From IMG/VR virus record IMGVR_UViG_3300035681_000004: 64,000 nucleotides of DNA. One strand, 5' to 3'. The translations under genes were made by a program, and so were the position numbers. The DNA comes from an uncultured virus (IMG/VR IMGVR_UViG_3300035681_000004) (Duplodnaviria; Heunggongvirae; Uroviricota; Caudoviricetes). Numbering within the stretch: the stretch's first letter is position 1; the number at the start of each line of letters is the position of its first letter. Under the pieces are notes generated by a model. It searched no databases. It was not told the DNA's origin and was given only the letters and a program-made list of their open reading frames with translations. Below are positions 10,701 to 22,500 of the stretch, one piece after another.

Positions 10701-13700
10701 CTCTTTATGATTTGCTTTTGCAACTCTAAAACTAATTGCCTGACTTAATACTCCAGAGGTTGTATTAACATATCCAAAGACTTTTTCACCCACTTGGAAT
10801 GCAGAAGAAGCGCCATAATTTTGAAGGGTTGAATCTGTTGCAATTTCTACAAGTTTTGGAATGAAATCTACAGATCCGTTTCCATCTAAGAATTGATAGT
10901 ATCTTGTTAATGGTCTTAGATTTACAGCTTTAAATCCAGTATTTCTGGATCTCATATAAAGTTCATTGCCTGATGCAACAACTTTATCTACAGTTGTGGT
11001 AGTTGTTTCTTGCCCAACAACTTGATATCTTCCGGTTGCATACAACCAAACCCAATTTGTTTGATTGACATTTATATCTGGAAGGCGGATAGTTCTAACC
11101 CAACTATCACTTGCTGGACTTAATTTAATAGTACCACTATAAGAAACAATATTAAATGGATTTACATTTTCAACTTTAGTTGCAAATAACTGTTCAATCC
11201 AACCAACAGAATTATACTTTAATGTTAAGATTTCATCAGTTTTTTGTACATTTGAATCAAATAAAGCAAAATTTTGAGATAGATCTAGTGTTTCATCTGT
11301 TGCATTTTCTGCAGAAACAGGTTTAAGATTTATTGTATTTCTGCTAGTTTGTGTAATTAATTCACTGTTGTCAGTGTCTACTTCAATTTTAGATAATTCT
11401 AAATTAATCAAGTCACTATTTTTAAAATCATCTACAAAAAATCCAGTTTTAAAGCGACTTAATCCTTGTGCATCACGAATCTGGAGTGTTTGTGTGTTAA
11501 GTTCGAGTAATGATAATGAAGTGACTCTTTCTAAATTAACTACTCTATTTTCAATCTTACCAATATCACGCATAGTATATCTCTTGTTATCTACAAGAGT
11601 AATTGATGCATCTTTTGGATTATAAAGATACGGTGGTAATGTGATGGTAGCAATTTCAATAGAATCACTTGGTTTTGCTGGTTCTTTTGGATCCAGTGCA
11701 GGAGTTCCTTGAGTAACTGTGAACTTTCCATTTTTATCAATGAAAAGTTTATCGATTCTTCCAAGATAAAATTGATACCCAATTAAAGCACTTTCATTAG
11801 GTGACATTAAAATTTTTGGTTCTGTACCAAAAGATCTTGATGCAAAATCAAATGGTGAGGATGATGTACTTGTGAATGGAGATACTCTTGGTCTAAAGTC
11901 TAAAGTATCAGAAACTCTGATATTATTTTTACCAACCAATGGAATATCTGAAGTGAATCTTTCACCATCATAACTATTAACGGTGAATACATCTCCAGTA
12001 TCACTTGTAGGCACTGAATAATAATCAAAAATTACTAAGAGTTGTTTTGATGGAGCACTTTCTCCTGAATTTCTAACAAGTTTAGAATAATCATAATATT
12101 GTTCTTTTTGCCCTTTATCTAAGGTGTATTTGGTAGTTATGTTTCTATAACTACCAAGAGTAATTGAAGAAATCGTAGTTTGAATTTTAGATTCTTCAAA
12201 AGTTACGGATTCTCCCTCAGAAAGGGTATTTCCATTCAAATAAACAATACCTAAAGTATTGGAAGAAGGTTTTGATACAATTCTAGCAACTGCATTACTT
12301 ACTCTTCCGATAATATTTTCACCAATAATTGCATTATTATCAACATTTACAACAGAACTAAATGATAGTTTAGTTAAAATAGGAGCATTTGTATCAAGAG
12401 ACTCATAAACAGCGATTACTTTAACAACATCTGGATAATTTAAACTAATCTCTTCATCTTGAACTCGTAAACCATAGTATTGATTATATGTAAGACCATC
12501 ATTAATAGATGTGTTAACACCTACTCCAGATTGTGGATTTTTGGAAAGAGTTACATTAATTGTCTTACTTCTATTAAACTGCTTGACTTTACTTTGAATA
12601 GAGTTCTTAACAAATGTTGCAGTAATTGCAGAAATTGCCTTATTAGATATATTTGTAAATGTTACTTGAGATGAATTCAAACTTAAAGTAACTTTATCAG
12701 ATGACAGACTTTCAATAGTTCCATCGGCATAAAAAATTGAATATCTCTCTTCATCAAATGCTTCAAATCTTGCAGAAGTTGTATTGATACCAAGATTAAA
12801 ATTACTGGTATTGACGGTTAAGGATCCACCAGATGGAGTTAGAGTGCCAGTGGACTGAGCGGTGAATGTAATTGTTGATGTGCTTAAATCAGTAGAGGCA
12901 ATATTTGCATCTGGAAGTTGAGCATATAAAAATCCCTTATCATCATTTAAAATCTTTGTTTCTCCAAGAGTATATGCTCCACTATATTGTGAAGTTGGCA
13001 ACGATCCATCACACACACCATTTACGCTGGTAACACTTGCAAGAGTGAGTGATAGTCCAGTTGAAGATACTGAAGCAACTCTATTGTATGTTTCTGTAGA
13101 TACTCCTGCTCTTTGATATCTGATTATATTATCTGTTCTGATTCCACTAAAGCTAAATGGTGAAGAAACTGTTGCGGTGCTAATTCCACCACTAGAAGCA
13201 GTAATTGTAATTGTTTCTGGTCTTATAGTTTTACTTAATTGAGTATCTGATATAAACGCAGTGCTAAATCCAGATACAGATGTTGGTTGATGCACAGATC
13301 TAACATCTTCTATACTATAGACCTTAATAGAAGATATGGTTCTAGAATAATTTTCAGAACCATTGATTAAGATTTGCTCATTAACTGAAAATGCCCCAGA
13401 AGTTTGACTTAAAGCAATTGTTGCCCCACTAATCGATGCGACATATCCACTTGCACCACTACTCTTTCCTTTTATAAATGAAGTTATTGGTAGTTCTGTA
13501 GTCGTTAATGATTGATTTAGTGTTAACTCAGTATATGTTTGTACATCATATAGATATAAATCCCAATTTGTAGTTTGATTTGAATATGCAGCATCAGTTA
13601 CATTAAATGTATAGACCCTTGCAGATCCTACAGTTGATCCTGCAGCGACAGTTGTACTATCTTTTCTTCTCCCCTGAAGATATACTATTCCTTTTTGACT

Positions 13701-14933
13701 TGGAGCTCCAGAGACATTATTTACTCTAACCAAGTTACCCATTTCAAAAGGAATATTTGCCGAAGAAACTGTTTGAGTTGTTCTTGGTTTGGAAACATCT
13801 ATAATCTCAACTCCTGTTTTTTCAACGTCATATCCTTTAATATAAGCCTTACCAGGAGACATTTTAAAACACATCAGGTCATCTGATGGTGTATTACCTT
13901 GCTCTGTTTTTTCCGTATCAAAAAATAAACCATCATTACCAATTCTATTGTTTAACGAATTGTTTAATGAAAATTGAAATGGTGTTACAACATAATCACC
14001 AGATTCATCATAAGTCCTTTGTGCTAGATAATCTCTTATATTAGAATATTCAGTCTTAGTTTCTATCTTTTTAATAGCACCATTCTGTACTCTAAGTAAT
14101 TCTACAAAATCAATATCATTATTATCAGTTAGAAGTCTTTTTGTTAATGTTAAAGAAATTTTGAATCTATCTGCTCCTGGAGCTGCATAGTTTGTAAATC
14201 CTTTTGCATTATCATATAAACTAGAATCGTCTCTAGCAGTGATAATTTCTTCATTAATTCTTAATCCAACTCTATATGAGGGAGTATTAGTATAATAATC
14301 TAAAATTATAGTCTGTTTCGGTACTCTTACAAAGGTACCTCTAATAAAGTATACTCCTTCACCAATTAAAGCCGCAGATCCAGTTGAAGTTGAATTTGAA
14401 GCAATTGTAGTAGCAAAGGGAGTTCCTGCAGTTATTGTAGTGGATTGATATGTAATATCTTCTTCAATGTATAAAGACTCATTATCTTTAAAAGTTGCTA
14501 CCTCAAAATTAGAATCCGAAGTTACATATTTTACATAAAGTGTTACATATTCTACTTCAGAATCTGGAAGTTGTACTAACTGAACATTAGCAGAAACCCC
14601 CGAATCTGTTCCTATGATTTTCTTTCCAGCATATTTTTCAACATAATTTGATATATCGATTCCATACTGAAGTTGATTTAACTTAACAGCATAAAACTGT
14701 CCATCGTAAGCAATATTTCCGGGGATCACCATCGATCCATCTTTGAAAATATGACTTCCAAATAATTCTACTTGATCTTGTAATATTGATTGGAGTGTGT
14801 TAAGTTCACGAGCTTGAATTGCTCTTCCTGGATTGAATAAAACTTTATAATAGTTTTTATCCCTTGCACCCACACTTTTTTCTGAAAAATCATCAAAATA
14901 TGGATTTATATTAAGATTAGTTTTTTGAGCCAT
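7740..14933 (-). CDS. Large virion structural protein (VrlC/DUF4815-like)
   Basis: 2397 aa: NLNINPYFDDF...QARELNTLQSILQ...NYAAPGADRFKI...NKRYTMRDIGKIE...GFFVDDF...DPLAQSF...QDLKFKLYKAKF. Adjacent to gp8. Confidence 0.85.
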   Translation of the reverse strand: MAQKTNLNINPYFDDFSEKSVGARDKNYYKVLFNPGRAIQARELNTLQSILQDQVELFGSHIFKDGSMVIPGNIAYDGQFYAVKLNQLQYGIDISNYVEKYAGKKIIGTDSGVSANVQLVQLPDSEVEYVTLYVKYVTSDSNFEVATFKDNESLYIEEDITYQSTTITAGTPFATTIASNSTSTGSAALIGEGVYFIRGTFVRVPKQTIILDYYTNTPSYRVGLRINEEIITARDDSSLYDNAKGFTNYAAPGADRFKISLTLTKRLLTDNNDIDFVELLRVQNGAIKKIETKTEYSNIRDYLAQRTYDESGDYVVTPFQFSLNNSLNNRIGNDGLFFDTEKTEQGNTPSDDLMCFKMSPGKAYIKGYDVEKTGVEIIDVSKPRTTQTVSSANIPFEMGNLVRVNNVSGAPSQKGIVYLQGRRKDSTTVAAGSTVGSARVYTFNVTDAAYSNQTTNWDLYLYDVQTYTELTLNQSLTTTELPITSFIKGKSSGASGYVASISGATIALSQTSGAFSVNEQILINGSENYSRTISSIKVYSIEDVRSVHQPTSVSGFSTAFISDTQLSKTIRPETITITASSGGISTATVSSPFSFSGIRTDNIIRYQRAGVSTETYNRVASVSSTGLSLTLASVTSVNGVCDGSLPTSQYSGAYTLGETKILNDDKGFLYAQLPDANIASTDLSTSTITFTAQSTGTLTPSGGSLTVNTSNFNLGINTTSARFEAFDEERYSIFYADGTIESLSSDKVTLSLNSSQVTFTNISNKAISAITATFVKNSIQSKVKQFNRSKTINVTLSKNPQSGVGVNTSINDGLTYNQYYGLRVQDEEISLNYPDVVKVIAVYESLDTNAPILTKLSFSSVVNVDNNAIIGENIIGRVSNAVARIVSKPSSNTLGIVYLNGNTLSEGESVTFEESKIQTTISSITLGSYRNITTKYTLDKGQKEQYYDYSKLVRNSGESAPSKQLLVIFDYYSVPTSDTGDVFTVNSYDGERFTSDIPLVGKNNIRVSDTLDFRPRVSPFTSTSSSPFDFASRSFGTEPKILMSPNESALIGYQFYLGRIDKLFIDKNGKFTVTQGTPALDPKEPAKPSDSIEIATITLPPYLYNPKDASITLVDNKRYTMRDIGKIENRVVNLERVTSLSLLELNTQTLQIRDAQGLSRFKTGFFVDDFKNSDLINLELSKIEVDTDNSELITQTSRNTINLKPVSAENATDETLDLSQNFALFDSNVQKTDEILTLKYNSVGWIEQLFATKVENVNPFNIVSYSGTIKLSPASDSWVRTIRLPDINVNQTNWVWLYATGRYQVVGQETTTTTVDKVVASGNELYMRSRNTGFKAVNLRPLTRYYQFLDGNGSVDFIPKLVEIATDSTLQNYGASSAFQVGEKVFGYVNTTSGVLSQAISFRVAKANHKEGPYSNPSVTYTTNPYLTTESIPASYSASSKVLNIDVESLCSEAQGLYSGYLTIGMKLVGQTSGSVAYVKDLRLISDLNGFLAGSFFLKDPNASPVPAVRIATGSKVYKLTSSQTNEAPLPGSNLISSGETIYKSEGTWEQKQRTITATTTIYYVDPLAQSFTVSGSTDNSNGNTPSEDVNGAFLTAVDLYFSNKDPGNAPLTVEVRTVELGTPTTKILGNPVTLKPSDIQTSTNASVATKVTFDYPIYLAPGLEYAIVLLAPQSDQYEVWIAEMGQKTIETSTLPDSQSIRYSRQFALGSLFKSQNGSIWTANQYQDLKFKLYKAKFASSTGSAFFHNPSLNESNGYIPKLDPSPIALLPRQLKIGITSTTSTTNIGILTTGRKVSSVGTPYTYGYIVGTGSSVATVGVTTGGTNYSNGVVSTYAITGNGTGLTLNITATSGVVGVATIVNPGNGYAVGDVVGIVTSSVSSVSGRNARITINSITGLDTLYLSNVQGNSFVTAGISTLVYYDTSGNATSIAGTSVLSSTAIGGIDAGNFFKVNHFNHGMYSNNNKVTISNAISDIIPTTLTQPVTSTNTTISIASTSNFNTFEGLTVSATNPGFVKIENEIIKYTSVGSGTLNGITRGIDSTLALTYTTNTQVYKYELGGVSLRRINKTHDISDTGIDIDNYYIEIDRSAFDANATNRSTDGSITGAPQLSFNSYAVCGGSEVRASENIQFNTIVPQISVINPSAVTSSVAQIRTVSGTSVNGSETSFVDQGYEPVEIGVENDLSSTRIVCSNINEQTYLGSLLRNKSFTIKVDLSTTDTNLSPVIFWKESSAQLISNRLNSPISNYTLDNRVNSILDDPHAAVYISNTVRLNQPATSLKVILSAYRDSTADFRVLYSLIRPDSSEVNQAFELFPGYDNLTIDNNQDGYLDVVDPSKNSGLPDVFVPASLKDQFLEYEFSANNLGSFTGYTIKIVMSGRSQAYAPRFKDLRSIALA

Positions 14934-14936
14934 CTT

Positions 14937-16535
14937 TTAGAATTCCAGGATAATTTTAACGTCTTCTTTTTGTCTTAGACTTCTAGAAACTGTAGGTCTG
15001 TTATCAATGTAAATTATTTCTCCAGACTTATTATTTATTTGGGGTGATGCAAGACCATTTGTAAATTGAACCCCCAAGTTGATTATTCTATTAGAAATAG
15101 TTACCTTATTATCGGAAAATGAAGTATCAATACTTGCATTGAAACCATCTCCAGTAATTTGGAGATTACTATCAGATACAAAATCTATTGAACTACCAGC
15201 ACTTGTTCCCGAAGTATTAAAGAATGATGAAACACCTACAAAATCTTGATATGTTGATCCATTTCCACCATTAAAATATAAAGAGCGATCTTTATAATAT
15301 TTTAAAACTTTTGTTTCATCATCATATGATGCTACATATCCAACTGCTTTTTTGCCAGTATTCGTATCAATTTGCTGTATTCTTGTGCCCACAGTTACAG
15401 CAGCATTTGATGGTGTAACAGAAGATAATTTTATAGCATATAATGCAGAAAAATCATTTTCATTATACACAGTAGTATTAATTCCTGTAGAATCATAAAC
15501 TGTAGGATTTTTTAAAATTCCAATTTGGGCAAATTTAGAGTCAATTGGGAAATTTTTTGTAGAGTCATCAAAACGGGCATAAACTAAAATTCTATCTGCT
15601 CCCAGTTCTTTGTAAATATCAAATCCGTGACCCTTTGATGGTGGAATAATAGGAATTAATTCTGCATAGGTTGATGGTGTATTGGATCCAGTTGTTCCTA
15701 GATCAACTAGAGCATATGTGTAATTTTTTCCACCAGATGTTACTACAGCATCAGTAATTTTTCCTTGTGTAGAGTCAATTTGTATAGAAACTTTCCCACC
15801 AGATCCATCACCAACTAGGTTGCAAGATTGCCCCGATTGTAAGTTATATCCGACACCGCCATTTTTAATATAAACCTTTTTAATCTGATTTTCATTTAGA
15901 GTCGAATCCCCATTTTCTCTCACTGCAACAATTTGGGGGTCTGTATTTGTTTGCCAATTATTTGGTATTGTAATATATTCAGTAGTATCAAACTTAACAA
16001 TATCACTTGGAGATGTAGTGTACAAATACTTCCAAGTATATCCATCACTTAATTTGGATGGTTCCAAATCAGTAAATGTTGGTTCTACTTGAGATGCATT
16101 TCCAGTTGTTCTGATTCCAGATGATCCATTATCAATGCAAATATAAACTTTATAATCTGAATTAATTACATAATAGTTTGCATCATATAACCTCATTGCA
16201 CCAGTAATTGGAGATGGTGATAGAATACTATAGTCTGGTCGATACATTTCGTACTGTTGACCAGAAACCCAATTAATTTTTCTAACTACCCTTCTAATAT
16301 TAGCACTAGTAATCTTTCTACCAAATAAAATAGTAGATTCATAATGATTTAAATAATCAATATTATCAATTGGATTTGGTGGAGTAGAGTTCCAATTGGT
16401 ATCTCTTCCAAACCCAGATGTTGTTGGATTTGATAGTCCAACAAAAACATAATATGAATTTGCAGATTCCTGAACTTTATCTATAAAAGTAGATGCATTC
16501 AGTATTCTAAATTGATCTGTTACAAATGCAGACAT
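14937..16535 (-). CDS. gp8: Baseplate wedge subunit gp8
   Basis: VTDQFRILNA...YKVYICIDNG...DGYTWKYLY...GHGFDIYKELGA...SGEIIYIDNR...QKEDVKIILEF. Confidence 0.9.
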   Translation of the reverse strand: MSAFVTDQFRILNASTFIDKVQESANSYYVFVGLSNPTTSGFGRDTNWNSTPPNPIDNIDYLNHYESTILFGRKITSANIRRVVRKINWVSGQQYEMYRPDYSILSPSPITGAMRLYDANYYVINSDYKVYICIDNGSSGIRTTGNASQVEPTFTDLEPSKLSDGYTWKYLYTTSPSDIVKFDTTEYITIPNNWQTNTDPQIVAVRENGDSTLNENQIKKVYIKNGGVGYNLQSGQSCNLVGDGSGGKVSIQIDSTQGKITDAVVTSGGKNYTYALVDLGTTGSNTPSTYAELIPIIPPSKGHGFDIYKELGADRILVYARFDDSTKNFPIDSKFAQIGILKNPTVYDSTGINTTVYNENDFSALYAIKLSSVTPSNAAVTVGTRIQQIDTNTGKKAVGYVASYDDETKVLKYYKDRSLYFNGGNGSTYQDFVGVSSFFNTSGTSAGSSIDFVSDSNLQITGDGFNASIDTSFSDNKVTISNRIINLGVQFTNGLASPQINNKSGEIIYIDNRPTVSRSLRQKEDVKIILEF

Positions 16536-16554
16536 CTGAATATTGTTTTTTCTA

Positions 16555-16562
16555 TATTTATA
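16555..16562 (-). promoter_or_regulatory. T4 late promoter TATAAATA
   Basis: Exact consensus in the gp7-gp8 intergenic gap. Confidence 0.75.
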
Positions 16563-16567
16563 TCACG

Positions 16568-19500
16568 TTAAAGAATCTTTTTAATTGGACCAATACTTCT
16601 TAGTCCATATCCTCTTCTTTGAATTGTTGGGAATGTTGATAATCCAGAATCAACATTATATCCAGAAACTGCTATCGCTACTGGAGAAGATGAGCGAGTA
16701 AATCCATACATCTTACCCCAAGAGAACTTACCTACAGTGGATCCTGTTGTAGCAATACCAACAACTGAAGAGTCAGACTTAATATTACAAGTCATAATTC
16801 CAAGAGAAGAGTTAAATGCACTGATATGATATATGTTATCTAAAAATTCAGTTCCAACACCAATAACACTGCCATCATGATTAACAATAGATGTTACACC
16901 GTTTCCAACGGTAGTGTTAAAAATATAAATTGGATATCCAATTGTCCAATCTGTAAATGGTGCTAATGCTGGGTCTAAGGTAAATTTAATTGCAAGATTT
17001 GTACCAATTCCAGTAGCAGTTGTAATACCAATAATGTTTCCAAAAGATCCAGCAACTCCAGTGATATTTTTAATATTTTCATAAACTGGGTCGGGGAGAG
17101 GTACAATAACCTCTGGTAAATTAGAAGTTGTATATCCAAATCCAGGATTTAATATTGTAACTGGAGAAGAAAGAGATCCATTAACAACAGCAATGGTTGC
17201 TGTTGCTGTTGTACCTAAACCAACGCCAACTGAAGGTGGTGCAGAAATTTTAACTTCTACTGATGCACCACTATAACCACTACCAGACTGATTAATTGTT
17301 AGAGTTTGGATAGTTCCGGCAGCAGAAACAGTGGCAGTAACAGCAGCAGATACTGGATCAACAGATCCAGATACTATTAATCCATCAAATTCTGTTGGAC
17401 TATCATAACTAAAGAATTTAACATTATCTACGAAAATTTGATTATCTGTTGTAGATAAATTTGAAATTAATCTTGCGGTTGGATATACTTGAGATTCAGC
17501 AGAATCTCTTGCTTTTGAAACAGTATTTCCATCGATAACTTTATCAACTTTCTGTTTTATCCAACTTAAATTAAGTTGTTTATCAGATTGTGAATTAATT
17601 CCTTGGAAGAAATAATTATTAGTTTGAATTCTGTCGGCAGATGGAATATCAAAAATGTTTCTAATTTCTTGTGTAGTTGTTATCCCAAGATAATTATTAT
17701 TACTAAACGCCTGGACGGAATCTCCAATCTTAAGAGTTTCAAAAACATCTACCTGAGTACTATCATCAGCACTCCCTCTGTAAAAGAAGATTGCAACATT
17801 ATCTTCTGGTTTTGGTGGTTGGGTAAATGTAAACGATGTTCCTCCATTAAATTCATATGCAACACCTGGTTGCTGAAGAATTCCATTTATAAAGATAATT
17901 AATAAAGTATTAAAATCAATAAGTTGTGAATCTGGGTCAGAAGCATTTTTTTCAAAACTTAACAATTGAGAATTATAATATAATGGGAATCTAGTTCTAG
18001 ATCCATTTTGATAAGTTTTTACACTATCAATATAATCCATCTGACCAAATTGCCAAGCGGAGAAAGAATCTGTAAATGTACTAAGAATGGTTAATTGAAA
18101 CTCTGAAACTGGTTGAGAGAGACCATATGCGGTAACAAGACCAACTGCTTTAACCACATCACCAGGTTTAAATCCATAACCATTTCTTACAACTTTAAAT
18201 CCAGTAACTTCAAATAATGTGGATCCAATTCCTGTTGTTGAACTTGCTCCAACATCAACATTTAATAACAATCCTACTCCAGTATCTGTAGTTGCACCAA
18301 TACTTAGTCTAGACATACCAATTACTGGCAAGTTATTATAACTTGGTGGAGATATGCTTATCGTTGGATTTGTATATCCAGTTCCTGCGTTAATAATATT
18401 AAATGATAATGTTCCACCAGCGCCAACATTGGATGTAATTGTTGCCGATGTGCCAGCATGACCAGATTCCGATATTGAGATTGTAACAGGAGTTCTATAT
18501 CCAGACCCCCAATTTCCAGTTGTTCCAATTCCAATGGAAACAATCGTTCCACCAACACCAATAATTGCAGTGACTGAAGCACCAACTAAAGGTGCATACC
18601 CAAGCCCTGGTGTTGATCCGAGGGAAACAATTAAACCACCTCTTGGAAGTTGATTAACATTAACATCATCGACAGATACGTATGTTGATCCATTTGATGA
18701 CGTAATCCCAGAAAATACAATACTACTGATGCCTAGTGTATTGTTTTCTACTATTGTAAAATTATTTTGTGAGTTGTTTTCAGTTGTTGGAGTTTGGAAT
18801 ATTCCATTAATGAATACAATACCATTTCCACCAGTGCTTCCTAAACCAACTGTGTTAATACCATTTACAGTTAAGGTGTAAGTTTGACCAATTCCAGTAA
18901 ATCTTTCGGAAACATTGTCGTAGACTTGGTTAGTTGTATAATCCTTTCTCAAAAATACTCTACCATTAAATACTGAAGTTGGTTCTGGTAGTCCAAAGGT
19001 ATTGGTATAGTACTGTGATGTTGTTATTCCTCTTGGTGCGTCAGTGAAATAAATTTTGCTATTTACAATATTGAACGTACCTCTATAAAGAGAAACTGAA
19101 CTATAGTCTGAATGTGTCGTTGAAGATGATCCTACAAATCCCCTCTGAACTGTAACCAAAGGAAATGTACCTGCAAATGAAACTGGACCGGAATATGATG
19201 TTCCAAATCCAACACTAATCACTTTCATATATTCATTATCAATCTTTAAAATATCACCGATAGTGATTGATGATATTCCACTAAGTGCAAAAGTTGTCGA
19301 TGCAGTACCTATCTGCCCGCCACTATTGACTGTATAATTGAGTAATGAATATGCTATTGGTGATTGTACAATATTATTGATAGAAATAATCGATTTATCA
19401 TTCTTTTTACTCATTTCAAATTGGTGAGAATTTCCTGCACCAACTGTGGTGAATGTTACAGCAATCGCTGGATTTGCTAAAGCATATTCTTTTCTTGTTG

Positions 19501-22500
19501 CAATCTTAAAGTTATTATTATCAATTTTAATTGCATAAACTGTGGATGGTAAAATATTTGTTACAACTCCCACATTATTCAAAGTTGATCCTATACCAAC
19601 AGATGTTGAAGCAAATCCTGGAGTTGTTGATCCTGAAGTATAGATCAATTCCTCTCCAGTACTAAAGAAATGATTTAAAATACTAAATTGTCCTGTTGAT
19701 AAATTAACTGCAGTGGAATCTGTAGGATCAAATACTTTTCTAAAAATAGGTGTACCTTGATAATTTAAATCAAAATCAGTTTTAGTCTCTGTAAACTGAG
19801 AACTAATATCATCAATATTAAGAACTCTATTTGTTCTACATTCAATATAATCTGCTAATCTTCTATTTTTTAACTTTAAAAATCTTGAACTATTACCATC
19901 AGTATCAACATCTATTACTAAATCAAAGTTGTTAATAGTATCAACTCTATTTTCATCTATAAAATTATATACAAAATCTGCATATTGATTTGCAGTAATT
20001 CCAATTCCAGCATTTTTTACTATCTGAGTGTCTGAAAAGTTTTTAAGTCCACTTGTATGCAAAAGACTATTAACTGGACTTACAATGTCTACCCATTCTT
20101 GGTTACTCTTTACCGAATATGAAAGGTTTTGGTAGTAATCATTATCTGGAATTACTTGAATATCCTCATCAAGTTTTCCAGTATCATCTGACCAACCAAT
20201 ATTCTGTGGTGTGGAATAATTTACTTCAAATTGACCTACAGACTCTTTTATCTCACTAATTGTAGCAATTGTTCCAGATTGCGTTCCACGGACAGTTTGA
20301 TTTGTTACTAATTCATATGAACCAGAAATTTTAATATAATTCTTATTACTTTCTGTAATTTTAAGATCACTATTAACATATCCAAGTGTTGTGCTAACTT
20401 GCAACGACTCACCAAGAATAAAATTTGAAAATTCTTGACTTACTGAAAATCTTGGATAATTGCTATAATTTACTATTGTTCCATAAATTCCAGTGGTTAT
20501 TGTTTGGGCAATACCTGGATTTGCAGATTCTTTTAATTCATTTAAATCAAATTCTAATACTCTTGGAAGTTCAGTACCAGAATTTGCGTAGGTAGAAACT
20601 GTGAAGAAATTATATCCATAATCTGCAGAATTAAATCCATCCCCTTCAGTTCCATACTTTAAAATTCCCTCTACAAAAATTTTATCTCCAACTGAAAAAG
20701 GTTCTGTAACAAATCCTGTAAACGGAGTTACTAAGAAACAAGTAACAATTCCTGTTGCTGATGTTTGTACTGTTTGAATTCCAACTCCATTATCATTATT
20801 AATTGCAATAATTTTAGAATTTAATTGAGGCAATCCTTTTGGTTTTTGATTTATAGTAACTGAAGTAATAGCTGTCCCATCAATTGTTGGAGTTAAAAAT
20901 CCAGAATCTACCCTAGTATCAGTAACAGAATTTACAACGATTAAATTAGGTGGGAACGTATAATTTCTACCACCAAAAGAAACATCAATATCAACAATTT
21001 CATTCGAATCTTTAATGATTAAAAATTTAGCAATAGATGCTTCTGGTCTTAAAGTTTTATCTGAAGAATATTCGAATCCCTCATTTAAAATTCTAACATT
21101 ATTAATTTTACCAATGCTATTAGATTGTGGTATAATATAAGCACCGCTTCCTGAGGTTGATCCTATTCCATCAAAAATTGGTAGTTTACTAAAGTTGGAA
21201 CCGGGAGAAATAGTTCTGATTTTAGATACTCCACCAAAAGCGGTTAAAGATGAAGTATCATATTTTAATTCATCACATTCTGTTTTAGAATAATTGTAAT
21301 TTTCTGGAGAAATTGGTAAAGAAATTTTAAATGTAGTGTCACTAACTCCAAAGATTTTATACTTGTTATGATAATGACTATCAATAAAATTAATTTGAGA
21401 GTAATTCTGAACCTCTAAATCTGGAATACTTACTACTCCAGATTTTTCTAACCCATAGAATAAAGAAGATGGTAATTTATCATCATAATTAATTGTTAAA
21501 GAAGCATTTGTCGATACACCAGCAGTTCCAACACCTGATATTGAAAAAATACTTGTAGTTCCTACAGAAATAAAGTCATCTTTTAATTCCCTATCATAAA
21601 ATATTTTAAATCTAAATCCAGAAAGTGAAGTATCTGAAAGATCAAATATCGCATTATTATTTTTAATTATATCTAAACTTGGATTAATTGGTAATAATCT
21701 ATGTGTAACTGCAGGTGCTGAATTGATATCAACAAATAAAGGTGGATTAGAAATAGAATCAGTATAAGTCTGACATAGTTTAATTAAATTATCATCAACT
21801 TTATAAACGTAATAAATTCCAGTTGATAGACCAGATGCAACTGATGTTGATTTGTAAATAACCTTATCACCAGTTTTAAATCCGTGATTTGAAATTGTTA
21901 TCTGATTAGCAACAGTGTTAATACCTGATGAAGTAAATTGAACAGGATTAATTATTAACTTATCTTCATTAGAGTCATATAAAACTTTTATTGATGTAGA
22001 TGTTCCAATACCAACAGAAAGATTTGGTTTAACTGTTAATTGAATTTCATCTCCATTGTTTAATTGATGACTTGTCGATACAGATACAACTGATGTAACT
22101 CTTTGAATGTCACCTTTTATTTGGGAGAAATTAGATCTTATTGAATATTGATAGTCATCGGAACCGTTGGAGATGAAATACAAACCATTAGTAGTTGTAG
22201 TTAATCCGATTTGAGTTGTAATTCCGATAAAATCTACAGATTTTTTGATAACATAAACAGTTTGTTCGTTTCCACTAAATGGCAGATCAAATGCAGTAGA
22301 ACTAGATGTATTTGCTACAGATATAGCAGAGGCGGTTCCTGGTTTAGTTAAAATTACTTCTTGATTATTTTTGAATGGATGATTTGGAAGATATAAAGAT
22401 TGTGTTGGTATATAAACTGAACTAATACGATTTCCTATATTATAGTTTACAGAAATGCCAAGTCCGCTGGTGGTTCCAACACCAACTGCTTTTTTGGGAT